Assembly: GCA_023205875.1 (NCBI GenBank)
Contig: CP060766.1
Location: forward strand, 558,001-605,067
Reading direction: 5' to 3'
DNA from: Chloropicon primus
Lineage: Eukaryota
DNA length: 47,067 bases
In this document: piece after piece, positions 1 through 8,840 of the stretch
Position numbering within the stretch: the first letter of the stretch is position 1
Layout: each line of letters begins with the position of its first letter
Position numbers and translations under genes: made by a program
Notes under the pieces: generated by a model
Database searches by the model: none
Seen by the model: the letters and a program-made list of their open reading frames with translations, nothing else
Told to the model about the DNA's origin: nothing

Positions 1-1458
1 GCGGCCAGCCTCCACACTCGCCTCTGGCTCCGTCTGAGCTTGATCTTGTACTGCCTCGCCAAGGCGGCGGACTTGTACTTGTCACTCGACATGTACACCT
101 TTTGATAACGGATGGCAGAGACCTTGTTGATCTGCTTCCACCATTCCGCTTCCGCCTTGGCCTTTGCGAGCTCCCGCTTCGCGTTCCTGTTGACCAAGAG
201 AGATCCTTGGATGTCGATGTCGTACCCAGTCCCTTGCTCGGCCTGCTGCGGTGCATCCCTCTTCCTCTCGATGTTCTTCCTCAGCCTCACCAGCTTGAGC
301 AAAGCGCCGTACTCTGCGTTTTGGGCCACCGCGTCATCCAAGCGAATCTTGCACAGGGAGAGGTCCTTGTCCAATGCGCTGGCCCTCAGCCTCGACTCCA
401 AGAGGTTCTCGCTCTCTTCCCTCAGAGCTTTGGTCAAGAAGGCTATCTTCTTGTTCATCTGAACCATCACGTTCTCCATCCCTGGTCCCAAGTAACTGCC
501 GTACAGCATCTCCGCCGCTTCGTTGACCTCGTTCGCCACCGACGGTATCGAGGGAGACAACACCGCTTGACCAGCTTTCCCTCTCGCTCGCTCTTCCTTG
601 ATGCAGGGCACGTGACGCAGAACAACCCTCACGCTCGCAAACGTGAGCGGATCCAACGGAAGCTCCGCGAGCTCACCCACCATTGCCACTTGCCTGTCGC
701 CCGTGTCCAAGCTCAAGCCCTGGCCAGCCTTTCCTTGACCGCTCAAGTACACGTGGACCAGCACCTCCGCCAGTCTCTGTCGATTCTTTCCGTGGGACAG
801 CCACACTCTACACATTGGGAACGGTGGAAGAAGCAAGCGAAAGCCAATCGTGAGTTCGTGAGGTGCGCAACGAAACTCAAGCACCGCGCCCGCTGCCCGC
901 GCCTGCGCCCTCTGCCAACCACTTACCTCAGGTCGAACTTTTTCCGCTTGTCCTCCCCATGTGAGAAGGAGTCCGTGACAGCAAGCGTCTTCTCCGCTTC
1001 TGACATGGCCTGCCTCAGTGCTTCATCGAATTCCACGAGGGTGACGAACTGCTCCTTGCCGTCTCCACCTGCCACGTTCCTCTTCTCCTGTGCCAGGTTG
1101 GCCAGGACAACATACGTCCCTTTGGCCATCTTCCAGTTGCACGGCAAGCCCATACGGTGCATGCCGGTCTGAAACGCATTGCCACTGGTCAATTCGAACC
1201 CCTCGGTTAAGATCTTGTACACATCCCTCGCCCTCTTCTTCTTCGCGTCCATCCAAAGCCTGCACATCAATCCATCATTCACACAGCATCAATTGGGAAA
1301 GTCAAATGGTTTGTCAGACAAGTTGTTGTGTGGAAGACAGCGGAAGCGTCCCTTTTGAGAGGATGAGGTTCTCCTCGATGCCGCAACTTTGCTGACCGTC
1401 ACTCCGAACGCTCCGCTTACCTCAGAAGGAGGAGGGCCTCCAACGCATTGGTCTCCAT
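1..1458 (-). CDS. Uncharacterised coiled-coil protein, 3 exons (1458-1421, 1259-927, 807-<1), 3' end runs off the window
   Basis: On the minus strand, AG|GTAAGC (1420) and AG|GTAAGT (926) donors pair with TGCAG (1260) and TGTAG (808) acceptors; both introns are phase 2. This joins METNALEALLLLR-LWMDAKKKR...KFDLR-VWLSHGKNRQ into one frame that stays open to base 1, with a helical E/K/R/A-rich C-terminal part. The start codon is uncertain. Confidence 0.7.
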
Positions 1459-1809
1459 GGCGCTGGCAATGGAGTTAGTGACTCCAACTTCAATCCTTTT
1501 CGTGAGTGAAAATGCGTTCGAATTTGCTGGAGTGTGGCGAACGCTTGAGCCAGTCCGCGATGCAGAGGGCCAGGTTCCGGCCTCTCGTTCCCCCTCCGCC
1601 TCACCCGGGAAGAGGATTAGGATTGTGGTCCGGTCGCAGTCCCTTGATCCCAAGGACAAGAACAATTAATGGAAGAGCACCAGCGGCTTCCTGCTTCCTG
1701 GAGGGTACGAGATGATGATGATGATGGGGGTGGGGGGGATGATGGGGAGTGAGGTGGTAGATCCGTCTTCAAAAAAGTACAGTTGGGTCACTACAAGACT
1801 CAAGAATTT

Positions 1810-4083
1810 TTATAGGTTGTTCGCGAAGACGTTTGTCTTTCCGAGGGTCTTCAAGGAGGTGGCCGCGATGTGAGAGGCGGTCAGACCGGCCTCCGCAAGC
1901 TGCTCCGCGGGGGAGCCGTGCTCGATCCACTTGTCGGGGAGACACATTGGACGGAACTTGAGCTTGCCCGAATCGAGGAGGCCCTCAAGGGCGAGGAATT
2001 GCATGACGTGGCTCCCGAAGCCTCCGATGCTTCCCTCCTCAACCGTGATCATGGCACCGTGGTGCCTCGCCAGCTTGCGCAGGAGCTCGGTGTCCAGCGG
2101 CTTGCAGAAGCGAGCGTCGACAACGGTGGCCTGGATGTCGTGCTCCGCCAGCATGTCCGCCGCAGCGAGGCACTGGTTCACACTCTGGCCGTAGCCGACC
2201 AGGGCAACGTCGGTGCCCTCCCTTCTCACGACGCCCTTTCCGACTTCCAGGGGCGTGCCCTTGTAGTCACCGAGGACGCCGGCGTCCGCCATGTCCACTC
2301 CAATTCCGTTGCCCCTGGGGAACCTAAAGGCGCTCGGTCTGTCGTCAATCGCGATACTCGTGGCGACCATGTGGCAAAGCTCCGCCTCGTTGCTCGGGGC
2401 CATGACAACCATGTTGGGGACGCAGGCGAGGTAGGCCACGTCAAAGGCACCGCAGTGGGTGGCGCCATCGGCCCCCACGAGCCCGGCCCTGTCCATGGCA
2501 AACCTCACGGGCAGGTTCTGCAGGGCCACGTCGTGAACGATCTGGTCGTAGCCCCTCTGCAAGAACGTGCTGTAAATCGCGCACATCGGGATGAGGCCCT
2601 CGCAGGCCAACCCGGCGGCGAAGGTCACCGCGTGCTGCTCCGCGATGCCAACGTCGTAGGTCCTGTCCTCGAACCTCTTCTCAAACCTGTTCAGCCCGGT
2701 TCCGCCGCCCATCGCGGCGTGGATTCCAACGACCCTGCTGTCCCTCTCCGCCTCGGCGATCAGGGAGTCCGCAAAGTAGTTCGTGTACGACATGGTCTTG
2801 GTCACCGGCTTGTTCTGCTTCCCGGTCCTGACGTCGTAGGTGGAGACTCCGTGCATCTTGTCCGACGCGGTCATGGCCGGCAGGTAGCCGCTCCCCTTCT
2901 CGGTCATCACGTGAATGAGAACGGGCCCGATCGAGTCGGTGTTCTTCACCTCGCTCAGGATGGCGGTCAGCTCGTCGATGTTGTGGCCATCGATGGGGCC
3001 GATGTAGTACAAGCCCAGCTCCTCGAAGAGGGTGGCTTGGCTTCCGCTGATCATGCCGCGAGCGTACTCGTCGATCTTGGCGGTGAGGTCAGGGAGGGGG
3101 CCGGGGAGGTTCCTGGTGACGTCCTTGGCGACCTCCCTCAGCTCTCTCAGGGGCTTGTTCGCCTGGATCCTCGCCAGGGTGTTGCTCAGGCCTCCCACGG
3201 GGTCCTGGGTCTTCCCGTTGTACTGCGTCGGCAAAGACACCTGCTTGTTGTCGTTCAGGATGACAATCATGTTGGTGTCCAGGTACCCCGCGTTGTTCAT
3301 CGCCTCGTACGCCATTCCACCGGTAATCGCGCCGTCTCCAATCACCGCGATAACGTTGTTCTTCCTCCCCTTCATGTCCCTCCCCACCGCCATTCCCAGC
3401 CCTGCGCTGATCGACGTCGAGGAGTGCCCGGCGCCGAAGGGGTCGTACTCGCTCTCGTCCCTCTTGGTGAATCCACTCAAGCCTCCCGACTTCCTTATCG
3501 TGGACATCTCCTTCCTCCTTCCGGTCAAGATCTTGTGAGGATAAGCTTGGTGCCCGACGTCAAAGATGATCTTATCCTCCGGCGTGTTGAACACGTGGTG
3601 CAATGCAACGGTGAGCTCCACGACGCCGAGGGAGGAACCGAGGTGACCCCCGGAGTTGCTCACCGAGTTGATCACCTCGCTCCTCACCTCCTTGCTCAAC
3701 TCCTTGAGCTGCTTCGTTGTGAAGTTTCGGATGTGCACTGGATAATTCACCGTGTCCAGCAAAGGCGTCGCGGGTCCCGTCTCACGCCACTCGCGGATGT
3801 CATCCAACGAAACGAACTGCTGGTCCCTCCACGTGTCGTCGCTCTCACTGAAGCTGTCCTCCTGCGATACGTTCGACCCCGCGCTCACCGCAAAGCATCG
3901 TACCTTGTCCATTGCAATGGCATCCTCCTCACCTTTTGTGCTGAAAAGGTTCTTGGGGTTCGTCGTGGTGGATGCATAAGAAGTATTGTGGGATGGTTTC
4001 CTTCCGTGGAAGCGGACGAAAGAAGAAGTGAATGAGGCCGAGGCCTTCGACCTCGACAACCTCGTCGCTTTACCCTTCACCAT
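1810..4083 (-). CDS. DXS: 1-deoxy-D-xylulose-5-phosphate synthase, plastid-targeted
   Basis: Motifs [32 protein letters not shown]-binding [29 protein letters not shown] and [13 protein letters not shown]. The N-terminus is S/T/R-rich, like a transit peptide. First ATG is at 4083. Confidence 0.97.
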   Translation of the reverse strand: MVKGKATRLSRSKASASFTSSFVRFHGRKPSHNTSYASTTTNPKNLFSTKGEEDAIAMDKVRCFAVSAGSNVSQEDSFSESDDTWRDQQFVSLDDIREWRETGPATPLLDTVNYPVHIRNFTTKQLKELSKEVRSEVINSVSNSGGHLGSSLGVVELTVALHHVFNTPEDKIIFDVGHQAYPHKILTGRRKEMSTIRKSGGLSGFTKRDESEYDPFGAGHSSTSISAGLGMAVGRDMKGRKNNVIAVIGDGAITGGMAYEAMNNAGYLDTNMIVILNDNKQVSLPTQYNGKTQDPVGGLSNTLARIQANKPLRELREVAKDVTRNLPGPLPDLTAKIDEYARGMISGSQATLFEELGLYYIGPIDGHNIDELTAILSEVKNTDSIGPVLIHVMTEKGSGYLPAMTASDKMHGVSTYDVRTGKQNKPVTKTMSYTNYFADSLIAEAERDSRVVGIHAAMGGGTGLNRFEKRFEDRTYDVGIAEQHAVTFAAGLACEGLIPMCAIYSTFLQRGYDQIVHDVALQNLPVRFAMDRAGLVGADGATHCGAFDVAYLACVPNMVVMAPSNEAELCHMVATSIAIDDRPSAFRFPRGNGIGVDMADAGVLGDYKGTPLEVGKGVVRREGTDVALVGYGQSVNQCLAAADMLAEHDIQATVVDARFCKPLDTELLRKLARHHGAMITVEEGSIGGFGSHVMQFLALEGLLDSGKLKFRPMCLPDKWIEHGSPAEQLAEAGLTASHIAATSLKTLGKTNVFANNL

Positions 4084-4184
4084 CGTCGCTCGTCTTCGTC
4101 GTCGCCACTGCGTCGGCCGCAACGCCTTCGTCGTCTGACTGCCACGATTCTGTTTTTGGTCTCCAGACCTCCGGCTTCAACTTC

Positions 4185-4414
4185 ACATTTGAACTATGGG
4201 ACTTTTCCGTAATTAAAATCTAATACAAATCCCTTCTTAGAGGGGGCCGCTCTTCGCACTTCTAATCCAACATTTCCGTCATTCAAATGTAGACGTGCAA
4301 GCACTTGACATTTGAAGTACGCAACTTTTCCATAATTAAAATCTAGTAGAGATCCCATCTTAAAGGGCTTTCGCTCTTCGCACTTGAAATCCAACATTTC
4401 CGTCATTCAAATTC
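4185..4414. repeat. Two tandem ~106-bp AT-rich elements (4185-4290, 4308-4414), each bounded by ACATTTGAA...TTCAAAT(GT) inverted ends (MITE-like)
   Basis: The copies share blocks such as ACTTTTCCRTAATTAAAATCTA, CGCTCTTCGCACTT and ATCCAACATTTCCGTCATTCAAAT. Copy 1 has a perfect 9-bp terminal inverted repeat. Confidence 0.8.
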
Positions 4415-4528
4415 TAGCGATAAGGCGATAAGGTGGAGAAACTACACGAATCCCATTGGCCGACAGGTGGCAACATTATCAAACGTCTCCGATAGAATAG
4501 AAGATCTACGTTAGTATTACTGAATCAT

Positions 4529-4536
4529 TTTCCCGC
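4529..4536 (+). promoter_or_regulatory. E2F consensus site TTTCCCGC upstream of TIPIN
   Basis: Exact TTTSSCGC match ~240 bp upstream of a replication-fork protection gene, a typical E2F target class. Confidence 0.55.
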
Positions 4537-4773
4537 GCAAAAAAAAAAAAAAAAAACAGAAAAGAAGAGAATCTCGCGATCGATCGTGTGCCCTTGGTTT
4601 CTTTCCCCTTCCGCGTCGCAGGTGAGGTTTCCTGACGCGTTCGAGGTGCTGCTAGTGACCTGCTTTGTGTCGAGACCTTTCCAACGATACCCAACATCGA
4701 CATTGACGTCGACGTCATTGACGACGGGTACCGCCGCTTCCTCTCTTGACACAGACAGAGGATTCGATTCACG

Positions 4774-5586
4774 ATGATGAGGATGGAAGCGACGACGGCG
4801 ACGACGGCGGCGGCGACGACGACGGCGGAGGACGATGCGAAGGCGAAGGCGACGAAGACGAAGGCGACGAAGAGGAAGAGGCAGCTGAAGATGGAGGACT
4901 TCAAGGTGGACGTCGCTTTGCCTTACGTCTACAACAACTTTTACGACAACTTTCGTGACGGGATGGAGGAGTCCGTCGCCAGGAGGAGGAAAGCTTCTTC
5001 TCCCTCTGGTGCTGCTGCTGCTCCCTCTGATGCTCCTCCCGCTGATGCTGCCACACAGCCGAGGGAAAGCACCGCGAGGAGCCTCCGTCGGCTGATACAG
5101 CTGTACTACCGGTGGCAGCACTGGGCGTTCCCTGGGTTCGCGTTCAGGGACTTTGCCGAGAGGGCGCAGACCTTTGGTGGGTCGTACCTCTTCAAGCGTG
5201 AGCTGGACGAGCTCAGGAAGGAGGCCATCAACATCTGCTCGAGGCAGGGGCTGGAGCCCGAGAAGGACGAGGACGGCGAGGTTCGGGCGGCGGAGAACGA
5301 CGCCGCGCCAGCGGCCAGGAGGTCGAGGATGGACTGGGTCGACGACGACGAGGATCTCCTCGCTCTGCAGCACGAGGAGGTCGCTCAGGGGGAGGCCGTA
5401 CTGGACGAGATGGCGGATGACGAGCTGAACGAGCTCCTCGCGGACGAGCCGAACCAGACGACGCCACCCCGTCCAGCAGCAGCGGCTTCGGCGGCGGCGG
5501 AGGCGAAGGAGGTGGAGGCCCAAGAGGGCCCCGAGGGAGTCGACGACGACGACGATGAGGGTCTCCAGGAGCTCCTGGCCGATTGA
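4774..5586 (+). CDS. TIPIN: TIMELESS-interacting protein / Swi3 / Csm3 (replication fork protection complex)
   Basis: Swi3-domain-like segment LRRLIQLYYRWQHWAFPGFAFRDFAERAQTFG...ELDELRK, followed by an acidic disordered tail. Confidence 0.8.
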   Translation: MMRMEATTATTAAATTTAEDDAKAKATKTKATKRKRQLKMEDFKVDVALPYVYNNFYDNFRDGMEESVARRRKASSPSGAAAAPSDAPPADAATQPRESTARSLRRLIQLYYRWQHWAFPGFAFRDFAERAQTFGGSYLFKRELDELRKEAINICSRQGLEPEKDEDGEVRAAENDAAPAARRSRMDWVDDDEDLLALQHEEVAQGEAVLDEMADDELNELLADEPNQTTPPRPAAAASAAAEAKEVEAQEGPEGVDDDDDEGLQELLAD

Positions 5587-5812
5587 GGCCACCAAGCCAC
5601 GCCAGTCGGCTGCTTTTGTACCACTTTGTAATCTAAACCATCAAAACTTCGTCCGTCGTTAGAAAGAGAAAGAGAAAGAGAATAATGACGAAGAGATCAA
5701 TGAGATGGTGATTCCAGAGTGCCACCGTCATCACCCCTCCCCCTCCTCCTCCTCTCCTCCTCTCCTCCTCCTCCCTCTCTCCTCCCTCCTCTCCTCCTGC
5801 CACAATCGCGCC

Positions 5813-7321
5813 ATGGCGAAGCGGCAGAGGGACGAGGAGCATGAGGACCTGGACTCCTCAAGGAGGCAGAGGCGTCTGGACGCGAATGCGGTGACACGTC
5901 GGCCTCCCTCCAAGGACTCGGAGGACTCGGAGGGCGTCCCTCCTCCCTCTCTCCAGCCCAAGTCCGAGTCCGAGTCGAAGAAGCGTTTGGCTTTACCTGG
6001 ATCCCAGTGCCCTTACCTCGACACGATCGCGAGGCAGAGGCTTGACTTCGACTTCGAGAAGTGTTGCAGCGTGAGCTTGCTGAAGGAGAACGTCTACGTG
6101 TGCCTCGTGTGCGGCAAATACTTCCAGGGCCGCGGACCCAAGACCCACGCGTGCACGCATGCCCTCGAGGAGCAACACAGCATGTTCATGAACTTGAAGT
6201 CCGGAAAGGTGTACTGCTTGCCGGATGGGTACGAGGTGATTGACAGGTCCCTGGAGGACATCAAGCAGGTTCTCAACCCGCGATTCACGGAGGAGCAGGT
6301 GAAGAGGATTGACGAGGAGGGAACCGCTTGGAGGAGGAGCCTTGATGGCCAGCACTTCCTTCCTGGCATGGTGGGACTGAACAACATCAAGTGCACGGAT
6401 TACGCCAACGTTGTCGTCCATTCGCTGTTGAGGGTGAAGCCGTTCAGGAACTTCTTCCTCAGGCTGGGGAGCGAGGGAAGCGAGGGTGGGAGGGCGACCA
6501 CCTTGCTGCTGGAAAAGTTCGGGGAGCTCTGTCGAAAGATGTGGAACCCTGGGAACTTCAAGGGGCAAGTCTCGCCCTTGGAGTTCCTCCTGGCTGTCCA
6601 GGAGAGGAGCAAGAGGCGGTTTCGGGTCGATGTCCAGTCGGACCCTGTGGATTTCCTCACCTGGCTGCTGAACACGCTTCACTTCGACCTCACAAGCGGC
6701 AAGCCGAGCAAGAGGAAGTCGATCGTGACGAGGTGCTTCCAGGGGGAGATCACGGTGACGAAGATAAACGAGGCGGGGGAGGACCAGCCGGCGGTGACCA
6801 CGAAGTTCCTCATGCTTGGGTTGGACCTCCCGCCCACGCCGCTGTTCAAGGACGCCTTCGAGAAGAACATCATACCCCAGGTCCCTCTGTTCGTGTTGCT
6901 CAAAAAGTACAACGGGACCACGATAAGCGAGTCGATCAAGAGCGGGCGGAGCAAGTACTCGGTCACCAGGCTCCCGGACCACCTCATCGTTTGGGCGAAA
7001 CGATTCACGAAGAACAACTTCTTCAGGGAGAAGAACCCCACAATCGTGACATTCCCCGTGAAGAGCTTGGATGTCGCGGACAACATTCCTTTGCCCGCCG
7101 CGGAGGCTGCCAGGAGCAAGTACGACCTCGTGGCAACGGGTTGCCATGTCGGCAAACCGGAATCCGGGTCGTACCACGCCATCCTCTACCACTTTGCCGA
7201 TCAGGAGTGGTACCAGGTGGAAGACCTGTCGGTGAAGGAGGTGAGGCCGGAGATCGTTGCCATCCAAGAGGCTTACTTTCAGATCTACAGCAAGCAAGCC
7301 AAGTTCAGTAATGTAAACTAA
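5813..7321 (+). CDS. USP39: U4/U6.U5 tri-snRNP-associated protein 2 (Sad1), ZnF-UBP plus inactive USP domain
   Basis: Motifs CPYLDTI.R..LDFDFEKCCSVSL, NVYVCLVCGKYFQGRG, GMVGLNNIKCTDYANV (Asp in place of the catalytic Cys) and KRFTKNNFFREKNPTIVTFP. Start taken at MAKRQ. Confidence 0.96.
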   Translation: MAKRQRDEEHEDLDSSRRQRRLDANAVTRRPPSKDSEDSEGVPPPSLQPKSESESKKRLALPGSQCPYLDTIARQRLDFDFEKCCSVSLLKENVYVCLVCGKYFQGRGPKTHACTHALEEQHSMFMNLKSGKVYCLPDGYEVIDRSLEDIKQVLNPRFTEEQVKRIDEEGTAWRRSLDGQHFLPGMVGLNNIKCTDYANVVVHSLLRVKPFRNFFLRLGSEGSEGGRATTLLLEKFGELCRKMWNPGNFKGQVSPLEFLLAVQERSKRRFRVDVQSDPVDFLTWLLNTLHFDLTSGKPSKRKSIVTRCFQGEITVTKINEAGEDQPAVTTKFLMLGLDLPPTPLFKDAFEKNIIPQVPLFVLLKKYNGTTISESIKSGRSKYSVTRLPDHLIVWAKRFTKNNFFREKNPTIVTFPVKSLDVADNIPLPAAEAARSKYDLVATGCHVGKPESGSYHAILYHFADQEWYQVEDLSVKEVRPEIVAIQEAYFQIYSKQAKFSNVN

Positions 7322-7346
7322 AGAGGGAGTACTTGTTCTCACCCCG

Positions 7347-8024
7347 TTACTTCTTCAACTTCTTCGACGACCCGCTGCCCTCGGAGAGGACCGCTGCTGT
7401 GAAGATCGCCCTCTCAATCTGCTCGCAGGTGAACGCGTCCGAGTCCCCGCACTCTTTGTTGAGCTCTTCCGCTTTTGCGTTCAATTCCTTCGCCAGGTCA
7501 AGGTAACGCCCAAGGGTATACGTCCTTGGGCCCGTCAGCTCCAGCGCCTGGTCGCTCATGAACGGGTAGAGCTTGGGGTTGAAGCGGCTCAAGACAACCG
7601 ATGCCGTGGCCGTGCCCACGCCTTTGAGCTCCGACAAGGTCGTCACAGCCGCCTTCAGCACCTCGATCGACAGGGAGTCGCCCGCCAACGCGGGTTCCGA
7701 CAGAGCTTTTTTTGTGGTTTCCTCAATCTTCTTCTCGTTCAGGGCAACAATGAACCGCATGAGCGGCCGCATCTTTCCCCTGGTCAGCTTCCAGTCCATC
7801 ATCTTGACCAACTCCGCCTTGGCCAACCCCTCCTTTCCCACCACCCAGTCCCGAAACCACCGGTGCAACTTGGTGAGGTCCCTCTTCTTCCCTCCCCTGC
7901 TTGCCACCACTCCCACGGCCTCATCCTCCCTCCCCAGCACTGCCACCCAGTCCTCCGCATTCCCCTTGTCCCACAACTCCCCGGGACTCAACACTCCGCA
8001 CTCCACCGAACTCCTCTTGCTCAT
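7347..8024 (-). CDS. Helix-hairpin-helix DNA-glycosylase-fold protein (Amun-like family)
   Basis: ELVKMMDWKLTRGKMRP, HhH motif LSELKGVGTATASVVLS, and PFMSDQA...YTLGRY match the pattern of this conserved uncharacterised family. Confidence 0.75.
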   Translation of the reverse strand: MSKRSSVECGVLSPGELWDKGNAEDWVAVLGREDEAVGVVASRGGKKRDLTKLHRWFRDWVVGKEGLAKAELVKMMDWKLTRGKMRPLMRFIVALNEKKIEETTKKALSEPALAGDSLSIEVLKAAVTTLSELKGVGTATASVVLSRFNPKLYPFMSDQALELTGPRTYTLGRYLDLAKELNAKAEELNKECGDSDAFTCEQIERAIFTAAVLSEGSGSSKKLKK

Positions 8025-8289
8025 GCTGCTGATGATGATGCTGAAGCAGATGCTGAAGCTGCTGTTGAGGATGACGAAGGTGATGAAGCTGATGTCGCAA
8101 CCGTTACGACGTCGCGATGCTTCTCGTACCGATGTTCCTCGAGTATCGTCGAGAAGGGTCCTGGCGATCACGTCCTCGTTCCTCCCTCTCCTCGTCGTCG
8201 TCGGTTACGTGTTGTCCTCGATGCTCGATGGAGACGTGTTGCTTCGATCCCGTTCGAAAGGGAACCTTCCTCGTGACGACGACGCTGTC

Positions 8290-8774
8290 CCCTTCGAGCG
8301 ACGGCTCGTTCGAAAGAGGAGAACGTGACGCTTCCGATCGCACCGCTTGCTCTCGCCCTCGACCGCGTCGGTCGGCGACAACGTGCCAAGCGTTCTGATC
8401 GATCGATCGATCGATCGCGATCGATCAGCATTCGTTTGGAAAAAGCAAAAAGGAAGGTGATTGTCGCGATCGATTGCGATCGCAAGGAAAGGTCAAAGGT
8501 AAGGCTTGTGGCGACGGAGGCGGTGGAAAGGGAAGAGGAGAATGTCAAAGATGGAACTTTCGCGTCTTCCTCTTTCGATGGACTCCTCGCTTGAAACATT
8601 TGCGTGATGATTTCGTGGAGAAAAACCATTCCACTCGGAGCCTGCCCTCGTGGCTGCCCTCGTGGCTGCCCTCGTGGTGGGTGGGCGGCGAGGACGAGAG
8701 CGAGGAAGAAGGAGCGAGCGGTGTCATCGGAAGCGTCGCGTTCTTTTCTTTCCAACGAGCCGTCGCTCGAAGGG
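8290..8774. repeat. Inverted repeat with ~63-bp arms (8290-8352 and 8712-8774) in the divergent promoter
   Basis: Arm 1, CCCTTCGAGCGACGGCTCGTTCGAAAGAGGAGAACGTGACGCTTCCGATCGCACCGCTTGCTC, matches the reverse complement of arm 2 with ~7 mismatches. The spacer holds a (GATC)n run and 3 copies of GCCCTCGTGG. Confidence 0.9.
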
Positions 8775-8840
8775 TTTGGCGTCGTTTCGAAGAAGCTGAC
8801 CACGAATGTCTTTTTGCTTTGTGGTGTTCTAGGAGAGGGG

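Noticed and set aside
1870..4035. Long antisense ORFs (for example 721 aa opposite DXS, 757 aa at 13876-16149, 713 aa at 23919-26060, 529 aa at 10353-11942, 539 aa at 42464-44083)
   Set aside because: These are shadow frames caused by high GC3 codon bias of the real gene on the other strand; they show no family motifs.
4185..4414. TPP riboswitch or tRNA upstream of DXS
   Set aside because: No CUGAGA/AUACC/CUGAU TPP-aptamer cores and no cloverleaf; only a GTTCAAAT fragment on the minus strand.
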